From an uncultured SAR86 cluster bacterium (GTDB lineage: Bacteria; Pseudomonadota; Gammaproteobacteria; Magnimaribacterales; D2472): a stretch of DNA of 64,000 nucleotides. The notes beneath the pieces are model-generated. The model saw nothing but the letters and a program-made list of their open reading frames with translations, did not search any database and was not told the DNA's origin. Each line of letters opens with the position of its first letter. Within the stretch, counting starts at the first letter, position 1. Where the stretch lies: positions 170,236 to 234,235 of the forward strand of contig CACHRR010000001.1 of NCBI GenBank assembly GCA_902582355.1, in the 5' to 3' direction. This document shows, in pieces, positions 48,754 through 60,830 of this stretch. The position numbers and the translations under genes were made by a program.

Positions 48754-49200
48754 ATGAAAATTATATTACTAGATAAAATACAAAGACTTGGCGAAATTGG
48801 CGATATTGTTGAAGTTAACAACGGTTATGCTAGAAACTTTTTAATACCACAAAAAAAAGCAGCTTTTGCTAGTGAGAAAAACATTGCTGAGGTAGAGGCA
48901 AAGAAAGATGAACTAGCCGCAATTTCAGAGGATATACTTGTTAAAGCTCAGTCTAGAGCTAAGGAACTAGAGGGATCAATCTGTGAAATTATGGTACCTG
49001 TAACTGAAGAAGGAGCCTTATATGGATCTGTAGGAACAAGAGAAATATCTGACGCTTTTAATAATATCAATATTCAAATTGATAAAAGTGAGGTACAACT
49101 TTCTGACGGGCCTCTAAAAGAAACAGGCGATCATAATATAGTTGTATCAATTCATCCTGAAGTAAGCTTGGAAGTTTTAGTAAAAGTAATGCCTGAGTAG
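48754..49200 (+). CDS. rplI: 50S ribosomal protein L9
   Basis: MKIILLDKIQRLGEIGDIVEVNNGYARNFLIPQKKA N-terminus. Confidence 0.96.
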   Translation: MKIILLDKIQRLGEIGDIVEVNNGYARNFLIPQKKAAFASEKNIAEVEAKKDELAAISEDILVKAQSRAKELEGSICEIMVPVTEEGALYGSVGTREISDAFNNINIQIDKSEVQLSDGPLKETGDHNIVVSIHPEVSLEVLVKVMPE

Positions 49201-49238
49201 TTGTATATTTTGGAATATGATGTAAAAATCATATTCTT

Positions 49239-50609
49239 ATGCCTGAATTAAATATTAATCAAAATGAGTATGCCAGAGACGCTGAAAGAGCTGTTTTAGG
49301 CGGTTTAATGCTTGAAACGAATAGATTTGATACAGTCATTCAGGTTATAAAAGAAACTGATTTTGATGGGAAAGATCATCAAATAATTTTTCAATCGATG
49401 TCTGAATTAATTGAAGAGAATAAACCATTAGATCCTTTAACAGTTTCTGAAAAATTAGACACAAAAAATTCATTAAATAAAGTTGGTGGAAAAGACTATT
49501 TAATTGAGTTAGCAACAACAACTCCATCTGCAGCAAATTTAGAAGCTTATGCTGAAATAATAAGACAAAGATCAATAACTAGAAAGCTTATGAAGGCAAA
49601 TTCTGAAATATCAGAATTAATATCTAATCCTCAAGGCCAAGATGGAGCATCATTATTAGATAAGGCTGAAAGTATGATTTTTGCATTAAATGATGAAACT
49701 AACCAAAATGATAAAAATCTTCAGTCAATGAAGGAATTAATTCCTTCAACTATGGATAGACTTCATGAGTTATCAAATAAATCTAGTGGTCTTATAGGCT
49801 CATCTACAGGTTTTAAAGATATTGATAATAAACTCCAAGGACTTCAAGCTGGAGACCTTGTTGTTATTGCAGGTAGGCCTAGTATGGGTAAAACTTCTCT
49901 TGCAATGAATATAGCTGAAAATGTACTACTTGATGAGGAATCTCAAGGCGCAGTTCTTATTTTTAGTTTAGAAATGCCTGGAGAATCGCTAACAACAAGA
50001 CTTCTATCTGGTATGACTAAATTAAACCAACAGAATGTTAGGTCCGGAATGTTAAAAGATGATGAGTTAAAGATTTTGTTTGAAAAAAGTGAAAAACTAA
50101 AAAATCTTCCTTTATGGATAGATGATAGTTCTATTTTATCTCCAATGGAGCTTCGAGCAAAGGCAAGAAGACTAGCAAGAACAGAAAAAAATGGATTGTC
50201 ACTAATCGTAGTTGATTATCTTCAGCTAATGCAGCTTCCTCTTTCTGCTGAAAACAGAGTCAATCAAATTTCTGAGATTTCAAGATCTTTAAAATCTCTT
50301 GCAAAAGAACTTAATGTCCCTGTTTTAGCTCTTTCTCAGCTTAATAGGGCTGTAGAACAAAGACCTAACAAAAGACCAATCATGGCAGATTTAAGAGATT
50401 CTGGTGCAATTGAACAAGATGCAGATGTAATATTATTTATTTACAGAGACGAGGTGTATAACGAAGATTCTGAGCAAGGAAATAAAGCTGAAATTATTAT
50501 TGGAAAACAGAGAAATGGTCCAATTGGTACCGTAGCATTAACTTTTTTAAAAGAATTTACAAGATTCGAAAATTTTTCAAATGATGGTTATTACGATTCC
50601 ATCGAATGA
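49239..50609 (+). CDS. dnaB: Replicative DNA helicase DnaB
   Basis: AERAVLGGLM N-domain, Walker A AGRPSMGKTSLA, SLEM, VVDYLQLM and LSQLNR motifs. No intein. Confidence 0.97.
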   Translation: MPELNINQNEYARDAERAVLGGLMLETNRFDTVIQVIKETDFDGKDHQIIFQSMSELIEENKPLDPLTVSEKLDTKNSLNKVGGKDYLIELATTTPSAANLEAYAEIIRQRSITRKLMKANSEISELISNPQGQDGASLLDKAESMIFALNDETNQNDKNLQSMKELIPSTMDRLHELSNKSSGLIGSSTGFKDIDNKLQGLQAGDLVVIAGRPSMGKTSLAMNIAENVLLDEESQGAVLIFSLEMPGESLTTRLLSGMTKLNQQNVRSGMLKDDELKILFEKSEKLKNLPLWIDDSSILSPMELRAKARRLARTEKNGLSLIVVDYLQLMQLPLSAENRVNQISEISRSLKSLAKELNVPVLALSQLNRAVEQRPNKRPIMADLRDSGAIEQDADVILFIYRDEVYNEDSEQGNKAEIIIGKQRNGPIGTVALTFLKEFTRFENFSNDGYYDSIE

Positions 50610-51661
50610 CAACTATAAATTCTGAATTAATAATTGACACAAATATTTTAAAAGAAAATATTTCGTATATGAAAACTCAACTTAATGAAAAGTCTAATTT
50701 CATGGCTGTAATAAAATCAGATGCTTATGGCCATAATATTGAAAATGTAGTGACAAATATTGATGATTTAGTTGATGGATATGGTGTTGTAAGAATTAGT
50801 GAGGCAAAAAAGATTAGAAAAATATCAAATAAAAAAATTCTGCTTATGCAAGGAATATATTCAGATGATGAACTGCATAAAGCAATTGAGCTTAATTTAG
50901 ATACAGTTATACATAATAAAGATCAATTTAGCATTATTAAAAATAATAATTACTTTGATGGCCTATGGTTAAAAATAAATACAGGTATGAATAGACTTGG
51001 ATTTGAAATCGATGATTTTTTGAATCTTTACAACAAATATCTATATGATAAAAAATTTATACTGATGTCACATCTTGCAGCATCAAATGATATAAATTCA
51101 TTATCTAACAAAAACCAATTTAAATTATTTGATAATTTATCTAAAAAGATAAATAAAGACATCAAAAAAAGTATTGCTAACACAGGATGTGTTATGAATT
51201 TTCCTAGTCATACTTATGACTGGGTGAGATGTGGGATAGGCATATATGGAGGCTATTTTCAAGATAAAAATATTAAAACAGCAATGACATTGAGATCTCC
51301 TGTTGTAAATGTTAGAAACATTAAAAAAGGCGAAAGAGTTGGATATGACGGAAGGGCTATTGCAAAAAAAAATATGAAAATTGCAACTATATATCTTGGA
51401 TATGCAGATGGGCTTCCCGTCGCAATTCAAGACGGAACAGAGGTTATGATAAATGATCAAATAGCAAAGGTTTTTGGTAGAGTAAGTATGGATTTAACAA
51501 CAGTAGATGTTACTAATTTAATAGATTGCACTGAGGGTGATTGGTGTAACTTTTTTTCTCCAAAACTACCTGTTTCAAATATAGCAAAAAATAATGACCT
51601 AATTTCATATTATTTTATGACAAGTATTAAGTCTAGGGTTAAAAAGGTATATAAAAACTAG
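50606..51661 (+). CDS. alr: Alanine racemase
   Basis: PLP-lysine motif AVIKSDAYGHN and GYADG motif. Conserved dnaB-alr pairing. Confidence 0.9.
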   Translation: MTTINSELIIDTNILKENISYMKTQLNEKSNFMAVIKSDAYGHNIENVVTNIDDLVDGYGVVRISEAKKIRKISNKKILLMQGIYSDDELHKAIELNLDTVIHNKDQFSIIKNNNYFDGLWLKINTGMNRLGFEIDDFLNLYNKYLYDKKFILMSHLAASNDINSLSNKNQFKLFDNLSKKINKDIKKSIANTGCVMNFPSHTYDWVRCGIGIYGGYFQDKNIKTAMTLRSPVVNVRNIKKGERVGYDGRAIAKKNMKIATIYLGYADGLPVAIQDGTEVMINDQIAKVFGRVSMDLTTVDVTNLIDCTEGDWCNFFSPKLPVSNIAKNNDLISYYFMTSIKSRVKKVYKN

Positions 51662-51702
51662 TCCTTATCTGTTATTCTAATATCCCATCATGAATAGATT
51701 AA

Positions 51703-53336
<1,634 letters not shown>

Positions 53337-53337
<1 letters not shown>

Positions 53338-54167
53338 TGAAATTAAGAAGTTTTAATATTGATAACAAAGAACCAATGATACTTATGGGAGGTATGAATG
53401 TTCTTGAATCAAGAGATTTGGCTATGAAAGTTGCAGAAAAATTTAAAGAAATTACTAACAAAAATAGTATTAACTATATTTTTAAGGGCTCCTTTGATAA
53501 GGCTAATAGAAGTTCAATTAATTCTTATCGTGGGCCAGGCATTGATGAAGGATTAAAAATTTTAGAGGAAATATCAAATACTTTTGAGATTCCTGTAATT
53601 ACAGACATTCATGAGCCTCAACAAGCAAAAGTAGTAAGTGAAATATGTGAAGTGATTCAAATTCCAGCTTTTCTTGCCAGACAAACAGATCTCGTCAGCG
53701 CTGCAGCAAAAACAAATTCCATAATTCAATTTAAAAAACCACAGTTTTTATCGGCTCAAGAAATGACAAATGTCGTTGAAAAATGTTCAAAAGCTGGAAA
53801 TGAAAATATAATTTTATGCGAAAGAGGAAATTCATTTGGATATAACAATCTAGTTGTAGATACATTAAATTTTCAAATATTAAAAAAACTTTTAAAACCT
53901 GTAATTTTTGATGTGACTCACTCTCTTCAGCTCCCTGGAGGTCTTGGAAAATCTACTGATGGAAGAAGAGAGTATGTTCTTAGTCTAGCTAAAGCCGGGA
54001 TATCTCAATCAATTGCTGGTTTATTTCTAGAGGCTCATCCTAATCCCAACGAAGCAAAATGCGATGGACCCTGCGCATTACCACTTTCTTCTCTTGAAGA
54101 GTTTCTTAAACAGATAAAGGATTTAGATGATTGTGTAAAAAATCAAAAGGATATTGAGATTAATTAA
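53337..54167 (+). CDS. kdsA: 2-dehydro-3-deoxyphosphooctonate (KDO-8-P) aldolase
   Basis: [38 protein letters not shown]. Confidence 0.95.
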
Positions 54168-54170
54168 AAT

Positions 54171-55448
54171 ATGTCAAAAATTTCAGATATTCATGCAATT
54201 CAAGTCTTTGACTCAAGAGGTATTCCAACAATATCATGCAAAATCACTCTTGATGATGGAGTTACAGCATTCTCTATGGTGCCAAGTGGCGCATCAACAG
54301 GAACAAAAGAGGCTCTAGAATTAAGGGATAATGATAAAAATTATAATGGTAAAGGGGTACTTAAAGCAGTAAGTAATATAAATAATATTTTATCTTCAAT
54401 TATTATTGGAAAAGACCCAAATAATCAAAATGAAATTGACAATGCACTAATAGACTTTGATGCTAGTATTGATAAATCAAATATGGGCGCCAATTCAATT
54501 TTAGCAATCTCTCTTGCAAATTCTCATGTTGCTGCGAAAACTCAAGGAATAAATCTTTATGAGCATTTTGGAAATTTGTATGAAAATATTACAGGTGATT
54601 CAATTAAAACTTCAATTCCTGTACCTATGTTTAATATTCTTAATGGAGGCGAGCATGCAAATAATAATCTAGACATACAAGAATTTATGATTATTCCACA
54701 TGGAGCCAAAAATTTTTCTGAAATAATGAAATGGTCAACTCAAATCTATCAAAATTTAAAAAATATTATTCAAGATAAAGGTTTCTCTTCTGCTGTTGGA
54801 GATGAAGGAGGATTTGCTCCCGATCTGAATAGCAATGAGGAAGCAATTACCTTAATAATCAAGGCTATTGAAAGATCAAACTTGAAGCCTGGTGAAGATA
54901 TTAATATTGCTCTCGATTGTGCAGCAAGCGAATTTTTTGATGGGAATCATTATTTATTAAAAGGTGAAGACAAAAAACTTTCTTCAAAAGAATTTTCGAA
55001 CTTTCTGTCAGATTTAACAAAAAAATATCCAATTACATCAATAGAGGATCCTATGGATGAAAATGATATAGATGGATGGAAGTTAATTACAGATCAGATG
55101 GGACATAAATGTCAGCTTGTAGGAGATGATTTATTCGTAACTAATAAAAATTTCTTAAAGCAGGGTGTTGAAGAAAAATTAGCAAATTCAATTCTAATAA
55201 AATTTAATCAAATTGGATCAATTACAGAGACAATTAAAACAATTCACTACGCCAATGTTAATAACTTTAAATCAATCATATCTCATAGATCCGGTGAAAC
55301 TGAAGACACCACAATCGCAGATTTAGCAGTTGGCTTAGGTGTAGGACAAATAAAAACTGGAGCCCCTTGTAGATCTGACAGAATAGCAAAATATAATCGA
55401 TTACTTTGGATAGAAAGTGAAAGCAATAATATTTTGTTGAATGAATAA
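54171..55448 (+). CDS. eno: Enolase
   Basis: PSGASTG..EA.ELRD, SHRSGETEDTTIADLAV, IKTGAPCRSDR. Confidence 0.97.
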   Translation: MSKISDIHAIQVFDSRGIPTISCKITLDDGVTAFSMVPSGASTGTKEALELRDNDKNYNGKGVLKAVSNINNILSSIIIGKDPNNQNEIDNALIDFDASIDKSNMGANSILAISLANSHVAAKTQGINLYEHFGNLYENITGDSIKTSIPVPMFNILNGGEHANNNLDIQEFMIIPHGAKNFSEIMKWSTQIYQNLKNIIQDKGFSSAVGDEGGFAPDLNSNEEAITLIIKAIERSNLKPGEDINIALDCAASEFFDGNHYLLKGEDKKLSSKEFSNFLSDLTKKYPITSIEDPMDENDIDGWKLITDQMGHKCQLVGDDLFVTNKNFLKQGVEEKLANSILIKFNQIGSITETIKTIHYANVNNFKSIISHRSGETEDTTIADLAVGLGVGQIKTGAPCRSDRIAKYNRLLWIESESNNILLNE

Positions 55449-55737
55449 GTTATATTATTCAATTTTTGTAATCTTAATTTTAATAATTTTACTCTTATTA
55501 AGAAGTATTTTTTTTGGAGAAAATAATTATTCAAATAGAAACATCCTCCTTGAGGAAAGCAATGAATTAATTAAAATTAATGATAATCTAAGAAAGGAAA
55601 ATGAGATTCTTGAGTTTGAAATTAAAAATGCTCAGGATTCAACTGATCATGTAGAAAACTTTGCAAGAGAAAATTTAAATTTAACATTTCCTGAAGAAGA
55701 ATTTATATCTTTTAAAGAAGAGGAAAAAGATGAATAA
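55441..55737 (+). CDS. ftsB: Cell division protein FtsB
   Basis: 98 aa with TM and leucine-zipper coiled coil. Conserved eno-ftsB-ispD order. Confidence 0.8.
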   Translation: MNKLYYSIFVILILIILLLLRSIFFGENNYSNRNILLEESNELIKINDNLRKENEILEFEIKNAQDSTDHVENFARENLNLTFPEEEFISFKEEEKDE

Positions 55738-56875
55738 AAATAATATGCTGGCAGTTATCGCAGCAGCTGGAATTGGTGAAAGGTTTGGTAATGAAATTCC
55801 AAAACAGTACTTAAAGATAAATGGAAATACTGTCATCGAGAGAGCAGTGCAGCCTTTTTTAGAATCAACGCATATATCTGAAATAATAATTTCTGTATCT
55901 CAAGATGATAATTTTATTCAAGACCAAAATTTTTATAGTTGTAAAAAAATAAAATATGTCTTTGGAGGTATTACAAGACAAGAATCGATAAAGAATGCTC
56001 TAAATGCAGTTGATAAAAAATATAAATATGTTATTACACATGATGCAGCAAGACCAAACGTTACTAATAAAGACATTTCTAAATTATATGAGGATATAAC
56101 TTGTTCAAAAGCAAGCTGCTCTTTTTTATACACTCACATTTATGATTCAATAAAAGAGGTCAAATCAACAGACAAAACCAAAGATAAAGATAAATTTTAT
56201 CTTGTCCAAACACCTCAAATTTGTATATTAAAAGATCTTAAAGCATCGTTAAAAAAATGTATTGATGAAAATATTAGTTGTCCAGATGAATCTTTTGCGA
56301 TCGAATATGCCGGTCTTTCTTCATCAAAGGTTCTGGGATCTCGTTCAAACATAAAGATCACCGAGCCTGATGATTTAAAGATGTTAAATAATTTTCTTGT
56401 AAGAACTGGAGTAGGTTTTGACTTACACAGATATGAGGCTGGAACTGAAATAATTTTAGGAGGTCACAAAATAAAATGTGAATATAAAATTCTTGCTCAC
56501 TCTGATGGGGATGTTTTACTTCATTCAATTGCAGACTCAATCTTAGGAGCGGCGGCCTTGGGTGATATTGGAATCTTTTTTTCGGATAAAGATGACAAAA
56601 ATAAAAATTTAGATAGTTCAGATATTATTAAGTATTGCTTAGATCAATTAGAAAGGCTTAAGTTAGAAATATTTAATATTGATACAACAATAATTTGTGA
56701 AAAACCTATGATTTCTCCTCATAGAGACAAGATTTTAAAAAATCTATCAAGTTTATTGCATATACCTATTTCAAACATTGGCTTAAAGGCTACGACCTCT
56801 GAAAAATTAGGGATCATTGGAGAAAATAAGGCAATAGCTGTTCAAAGCCTTGTAAATCTCAAAGAAAAAATATGA
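55730..56875 (+). CDS. ispDF: Bifunctional IspD/IspF (MEP cytidylyltransferase fused to MEcPP synthase)
   Basis: N-terminal half AVIAAAGIGERFGNEIPKQYL (IspD). C-terminal half GVGFDLHRY...LAHSDGDVLLHSIADSILGAAALGDIG...ATTSEKLG (IspF). One uninterrupted 381-codon ORF. Confidence 0.92.
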   Translation: MNKNNMLAVIAAAGIGERFGNEIPKQYLKINGNTVIERAVQPFLESTHISEIIISVSQDDNFIQDQNFYSCKKIKYVFGGITRQESIKNALNAVDKKYKYVITHDAARPNVTNKDISKLYEDITCSKASCSFLYTHIYDSIKEVKSTDKTKDKDKFYLVQTPQICILKDLKASLKKCIDENISCPDESFAIEYAGLSSSKVLGSRSNIKITEPDDLKMLNNFLVRTGVGFDLHRYEAGTEIILGGHKIKCEYKILAHSDGDVLLHSIADSILGAAALGDIGIFFSDKDDKNKNLDSSDIIKYCLDQLERLKLEIFNIDTTIICEKPMISPHRDKILKNLSSLLHIPISNIGLKATTSEKLGIIGENKAIAVQSLVNLKEKI

Positions 56876-57627
56876 AAATATTATTAACAAATGATGACGG
56901 TTATCTTGCTGAAAATATTAGATGTTTGTATAAAGAACTTAAAAAAAATCACGAAGTTTGGATAGTTGCTCCTAAAAATAACTGTAGTGGAATGAGTGCA
57001 GCTATTTCTTATCTTAATGAGATAGAGGTTACTAAAATTGATGAAAATATCTACGCAGTTGATGGAACCCCAGCAGATTGCTCATATTTGGGTTTATTAA
57101 GTATAGTTGACTTTGAATTTGACATTGTAATATCAGGAATAAACCATGGTGCAAATATTGGTAATGATGTTTTATATTCTGGAACGGTAGGAGCTGCAGT
57201 TGGAGGAAGGAACTTAAAGTATCCACCAATTGCTATATCGGTAGCATCTTATGATGCAAAAGATATAGGCTTCATAACAAAAAAGTCAATCGAGTTAATT
57301 GATAAAATTATTAAATCAAAACAAAATTTCAATGGAAAAGTGATAAATATAAATTTTCCAGATATCACAGAAGATGATTTTAAAGGATCAAAAGCAACAG
57401 GCCTATCAAAAAGAGATGTTCCGGCAAAACCAATTAAGATAGAAGATAACTCTGCATCAAAAGAATCTTACAAATATAGATACAATATTTCCGGAGAGCC
57501 TTTAAAGTCTGATTATATAACTGATGCTGAAGCAGTTATGGATGGATATGTTTCAATTTCCATTCTTGACTATAGCTTAGGATCATCCGAATTTATAGGT
57601 GATCTATCTGAGATATTAGATGAGTAA
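56872..57627 (+). CDS. surE: 5'/3'-nucleotidase SurE
   Basis: MKILLTNDDG, SGINHGANIGNDVLYSGTVGAA. Confidence 0.94.
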   Translation: MKILLTNDDGYLAENIRCLYKELKKNHEVWIVAPKNNCSGMSAAISYLNEIEVTKIDENIYAVDGTPADCSYLGLLSIVDFEFDIVISGINHGANIGNDVLYSGTVGAAVGGRNLKYPPIAISVASYDAKDIGFITKKSIELIDKIIKSKQNFNGKVININFPDITEDDFKGSKATGLSKRDVPAKPIKIEDNSASKESYKYRYNISGEPLKSDYITDAEAVMDGYVSISILDYSLGSSEFIGDLSEILDE

Positions 57628-58300
57628 CTCTGGATTTACTTTTAGAAGGGTTCGTGAAGAAATGATTGAAACTCTTTTAGATTTAGGCATAAAAGATTTT
57701 AGAGTTCTTGATGCAATTTCACAGGTACCGCGACACATTTTTCTTGACGAAGCTCTTAGATCAAGAGCTTATGAAAATAGATCACTCACTATTGGGTATA
57801 AACAAACAATTTCACAGCCATATATAGTTGCAAAAATGACTGAATTGTTGATATCTCATACAAAGTCGAGAGGAAAAGTATTTGAGAATATATTAGAGCT
57901 AGGTTCAGGATGTGGATATCAATCAGCAATTTTATCTTTTTTTAGTGAAAAAGTTGATGCTATTGAGAGAATAAAACCACTCGTTCAAAAATCTAAAGAA
58001 AATTTATCTAAGTTAAAGATTAGTAATGTTATTTTTAAATATGGTGATGGTTATCAAGATTGGGATAAAGAAAAGAAATACGATGGTATTTTATGTGCTG
58101 CTGCTCCAAGGCAATATCCAAATGATTTGATTGAATTGTTGGGTAATGATGCGAAACTTGTAATTCCTGTCGGTGGATCTTCACAAAAATTAAAAGTTGT
58201 AACAAAGATTAATGATGAAGAAATAAAGGAAGATGAATTTGATGAAGTATCATTTGTGCCAATGCTTGCTGGAAAATCTGAAGATGGAAATGATGTATGA
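57620..58300 (+). CDS. pcm: Protein-L-isoaspartate O-methyltransferase
   Basis: QTISQPYIVA and ELGSGCGYQSA motifs. Follows surE. Confidence 0.94.
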   Translation: MSNSGFTFRRVREEMIETLLDLGIKDFRVLDAISQVPRHIFLDEALRSRAYENRSLTIGYKQTISQPYIVAKMTELLISHTKSRGKVFENILELGSGCGYQSAILSFFSEKVDAIERIKPLVQKSKENLSKLKISNVIFKYGDGYQDWDKEKKYDGILCAAAPRQYPNDLIELLGNDAKLVIPVGGSSQKLKVVTKINDEEIKEDEFDEVSFVPMLAGKSEDGNDV

Positions 58301-59049
58301 AAGAAAAAATTAAATACTTTATAGCTGGTATTTTTATTGGGCTTTCTGAATTATTGCCAGGTATATCTGGAGCCACAGTTGCACTAATGTTTGATGTTTA
58401 TGAAAAATTATTAGATTTTTTAAGAAAATTTAATAATTTGAATCTCATACTACCTCTTGTACTTGGCATGATTTTAAGTGTATTTTTATTTTCTTCTTTA
58501 ATTGATCTTTTATATCAGAATTACACCAAGACATTTAATATTTTAATTGCCATCCTGATGGTGGGATATGGAATTTTTTTAGTTATAAATACATTCATCA
58601 ATGGAGACATAAACAAGAATAAATCATTTTATATATGCATTATATTTTCTATATTAATTGGACTTTCATTAAGTGGGTTTTATATGACTGGCGCATATCC
58701 TCCCGATGGTCCTTTTATGCCATCTTCAGCTGCCTTAATTTTATTTGGTTTTTTTGCATGCTCATTCCTACTTTTTCCTGGAATTTCAGGAAGCGCTTTT
58801 TTATTAGCTGTTGGAATCTATCCATTAATAATTGGAAGTATTTCAGGTTTAAACTTTGAGATTTTGTTGCCTTTTTTTATTGGAATGACTATCTCATTAA
58901 TTCTTATGCCAAGATTAATCAATAAAGCTTACATAAGATTTGGGAATATGATGCTTGTCTTCTTTGGAGGATTAATCTTTGCAGCAGGCATAGACAGCCT
59001 AATTTCAATTATAGCACCCAATCCAGAAGTATATGAGTATGCATTCTAA
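58297..59049 (+). CDS. DUF368-family polytopic membrane protein (PopT-type candidate undecaprenyl-phosphate translocase)
   Basis: Two internal repeats each carrying the LPGISG motif (LLPGISGATVAL, LFPGISGSAFLL), typical of DUF368. Confidence 0.7.
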   Translation: MKEKIKYFIAGIFIGLSELLPGISGATVALMFDVYEKLLDFLRKFNNLNLILPLVLGMILSVFLFSSLIDLLYQNYTKTFNILIAILMVGYGIFLVINTFINGDINKNKSFYICIIFSILIGLSLSGFYMTGAYPPDGPFMPSSAALILFGFFACSFLLFPGISGSAFLLAVGIYPLIIGSISGLNFEILLPFFIGMTISLILMPRLINKAYIRFGNMMLVFFGGLIFAAGIDSLISIIAPNPEVYEYAF

Positions 59050-59655
59050 TTATTTGAGGGTTTTGATTTGAACATCTAAGAATTTATTCTTTTGAAGAAA
59101 TTCCATAATTTTCATTGCCCATTCGTGATATGCTTTTCCCTCTACATTCAGATTGACGACATTATCTTTTTTAAGATTATCTAAAAGAGTATTTTTAAAA
59201 ATTATGTTATCCATATTAGAAAGATCATCAATTTTGAATTTTGTATTATTAATAACCATTTCTCCATTATCATAAAGCAATATCATATTTGAATTTTCAC
59301 TGGGTGATGTTGTTTCATTTTGATTGTTAATGCCAATATTTAAGAATTCTCTTTTGTTTTCTAAATCTTTAAAGTTATCAGCATCAGGAAGTGGTTCTTT
59401 AGCCTCGGTTATATTTTCATAAACATCAGCAAGTCTTGCATTTATTTCAACAAATTCGATTTGGTTTGCTGGTAATTCATCATCTGCATATATTGCTTCA
59501 ATGGGGCACTCTGGTTCACAAAGACCGCAATCAATACATTCATCTGGATGTATTACCAAAAACTCAGGACCTTCATAAAAACAATCGACAGGACAAACCT
59601 CTACACAGTCTGTGTATTTACATTTTATACATGATTCTGTTACTACGTATGTCAT
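59050..59655 (-). CDS. fdxA: 7Fe (3Fe-4S + 4Fe-4S) FdxA-type ferredoxin with an about 95-aa unassigned C-terminal extension
   Basis: [55 protein letters not shown] is Azotobacter/Pseudomonas-type FdI. The ORF continues for 201 aa in total. Confidence 0.88.
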   Translation of the reverse strand: MTYVVTESCIKCKYTDCVEVCPVDCFYEGPEFLVIHPDECIDCGLCEPECPIEAIYADDELPANQIEFVEINARLADVYENITEAKEPLPDADNFKDLENKREFLNIGINNQNETTSPSENSNMILLYDNGEMVINNTKFKIDDLSNMDNIIFKNTLLDNLKKDNVVNLNVEGKAYHEWAMKIMEFLQKNKFLDVQIKTLK

Positions 59656-59736
59656 AATTGCTTAAGAATGCTCGATTTTAACCTACTGATGTTTAAATTT
59701 ACACAAAACTATTTAAAAAAATGAAAAATTACTATA

Positions 59737-59756
59737 TACTGTATAAATATACAGTA
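59737..59756 (+). promoter_or_regulatory. LexA (SOS) box upstream of recA
   Basis: TACTGTATAAATATACAGTA, a perfect CTGT-N8-ACAG palindrome 17 nt before the recA ATG. The SD AAGGAG follows. Confidence 0.9.
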
Positions 59757-59772
59757 AATTAAGGAGCTAATT

Positions 59773-60774
59773 ATGCCTAAATCAAAAGACACTTCATCAA
59801 AATCACTTAAGGATACTCTTGCGGATATAGACAACCATTTTGGAAAAGGCACCGTAATGAGGATGGGTGATCGAGAAAATTTAGATATTCCCTCAATTTC
59901 AACAGGATCCCTAGGTCTCGATATTGCCTTGGGAATTGGTGGTATTCCAAAAGGTAGAGTAACAGAGATATATGGACCTGAATCTTCCGGTAAAACAACA
60001 TTAACTCTTCAAATAATTGCTCAATGTCAAAAAGATGGAGGCACATGTGCTTTCATAGATGCTGAGCATGCTTTAGATCCTCAGTATGCTGAAAAGCTTG
60101 GTGTAAACGTAGATGAGCTACTTTTATCTCAACCCGATACTGGTGAGCAAGCTTTAGAAGTTGCGGATATGCTTGTAAAGTCAAAAAGTGTAGATTTGGT
60201 AATAATTGATTCCGTGGCTGCTCTTGTACCAAGAGCTGAAATTGAGGGCGAAATGGGAGATCATCATGTTGGCCTTCAAGCTAGATTAATGTCACAGGCA
60301 TTAAGAAAGATTACTGGTAACATACAAAGATCTGGAGCAACAGTCGTATTTATTAATCAAATAAGAATGAAAATTGGTGTCATGTTTGGTAGCCCAGAAA
60401 CCACTACTGGTGGAAATGCGCTTAAGTTTTATTCTTCAGTAAGACTTGATATCAGAAGGATAGGTGCTGTCAAAGAAGGTGATGAGGTTATAGGAAATGA
60501 GACCCGAGTTAAAGTTGTCAAAAATAAAGTATCTCCACCTTTCAAACAAGCTGAATTTCAAATCATGTATGGCCTTGGAATTAATCAAGAGGGTGAAATA
60601 TTAGATTATGGTAACAAGCTTGGATTAGTTGATAAGTCTGGCGCATTTTATAAATTAGATGGCGAGACTATTGGACAAGGTAAAACAAAAGCTAGTTTAT
60701 TTCTTAAAGAAAATGCAAAGGTTAAGAATAAACTTGTCAAAGAAATAAGATCTTCTTACATATCAAGTAAATAA
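59773..60774 (+). CDS. recA: Recombinase RecA
   Basis: Walker [37 protein letters not shown]. Confidence 0.98.
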   Translation: MPKSKDTSSKSLKDTLADIDNHFGKGTVMRMGDRENLDIPSISTGSLGLDIALGIGGIPKGRVTEIYGPESSGKTTLTLQIIAQCQKDGGTCAFIDAEHALDPQYAEKLGVNVDELLLSQPDTGEQALEVADMLVKSKSVDLVIIDSVAALVPRAEIEGEMGDHHVGLQARLMSQALRKITGNIQRSGATVVFINQIRMKIGVMFGSPETTTGGNALKFYSSVRLDIRRIGAVKEGDEVIGNETRVKVVKNKVSPPFKQAEFQIMYGLGINQEGEILDYGNKLGLVDKSGAFYKLDGETIGQGKTKASLFLKENAKVKNKLVKEIRSSYISSK

Positions 60775-60797
60775 AAATAATTTTTTTGATACAATAA

Positions 60798-60830
60798 TCC
60801 CTATTAGGAATATTAATAGGGATTTTTTTT
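60798..60830 (+). terminator. Rho-independent terminator after recA
   Basis: Perfect 9-bp stem TCCCTATTA (60798-60806) / TAATAGGGA (60814-60822), a 7-nt loop, then T8 (60823-60830). Confidence 0.8.

Noticed and set aside
59721-59762. 13-codon mini-ORF ([13 protein letters not shown]) overlapping the LexA box.
   Set aside because: It is too short, has no SD, and is fully explained by the palindromic operator and promoter region.
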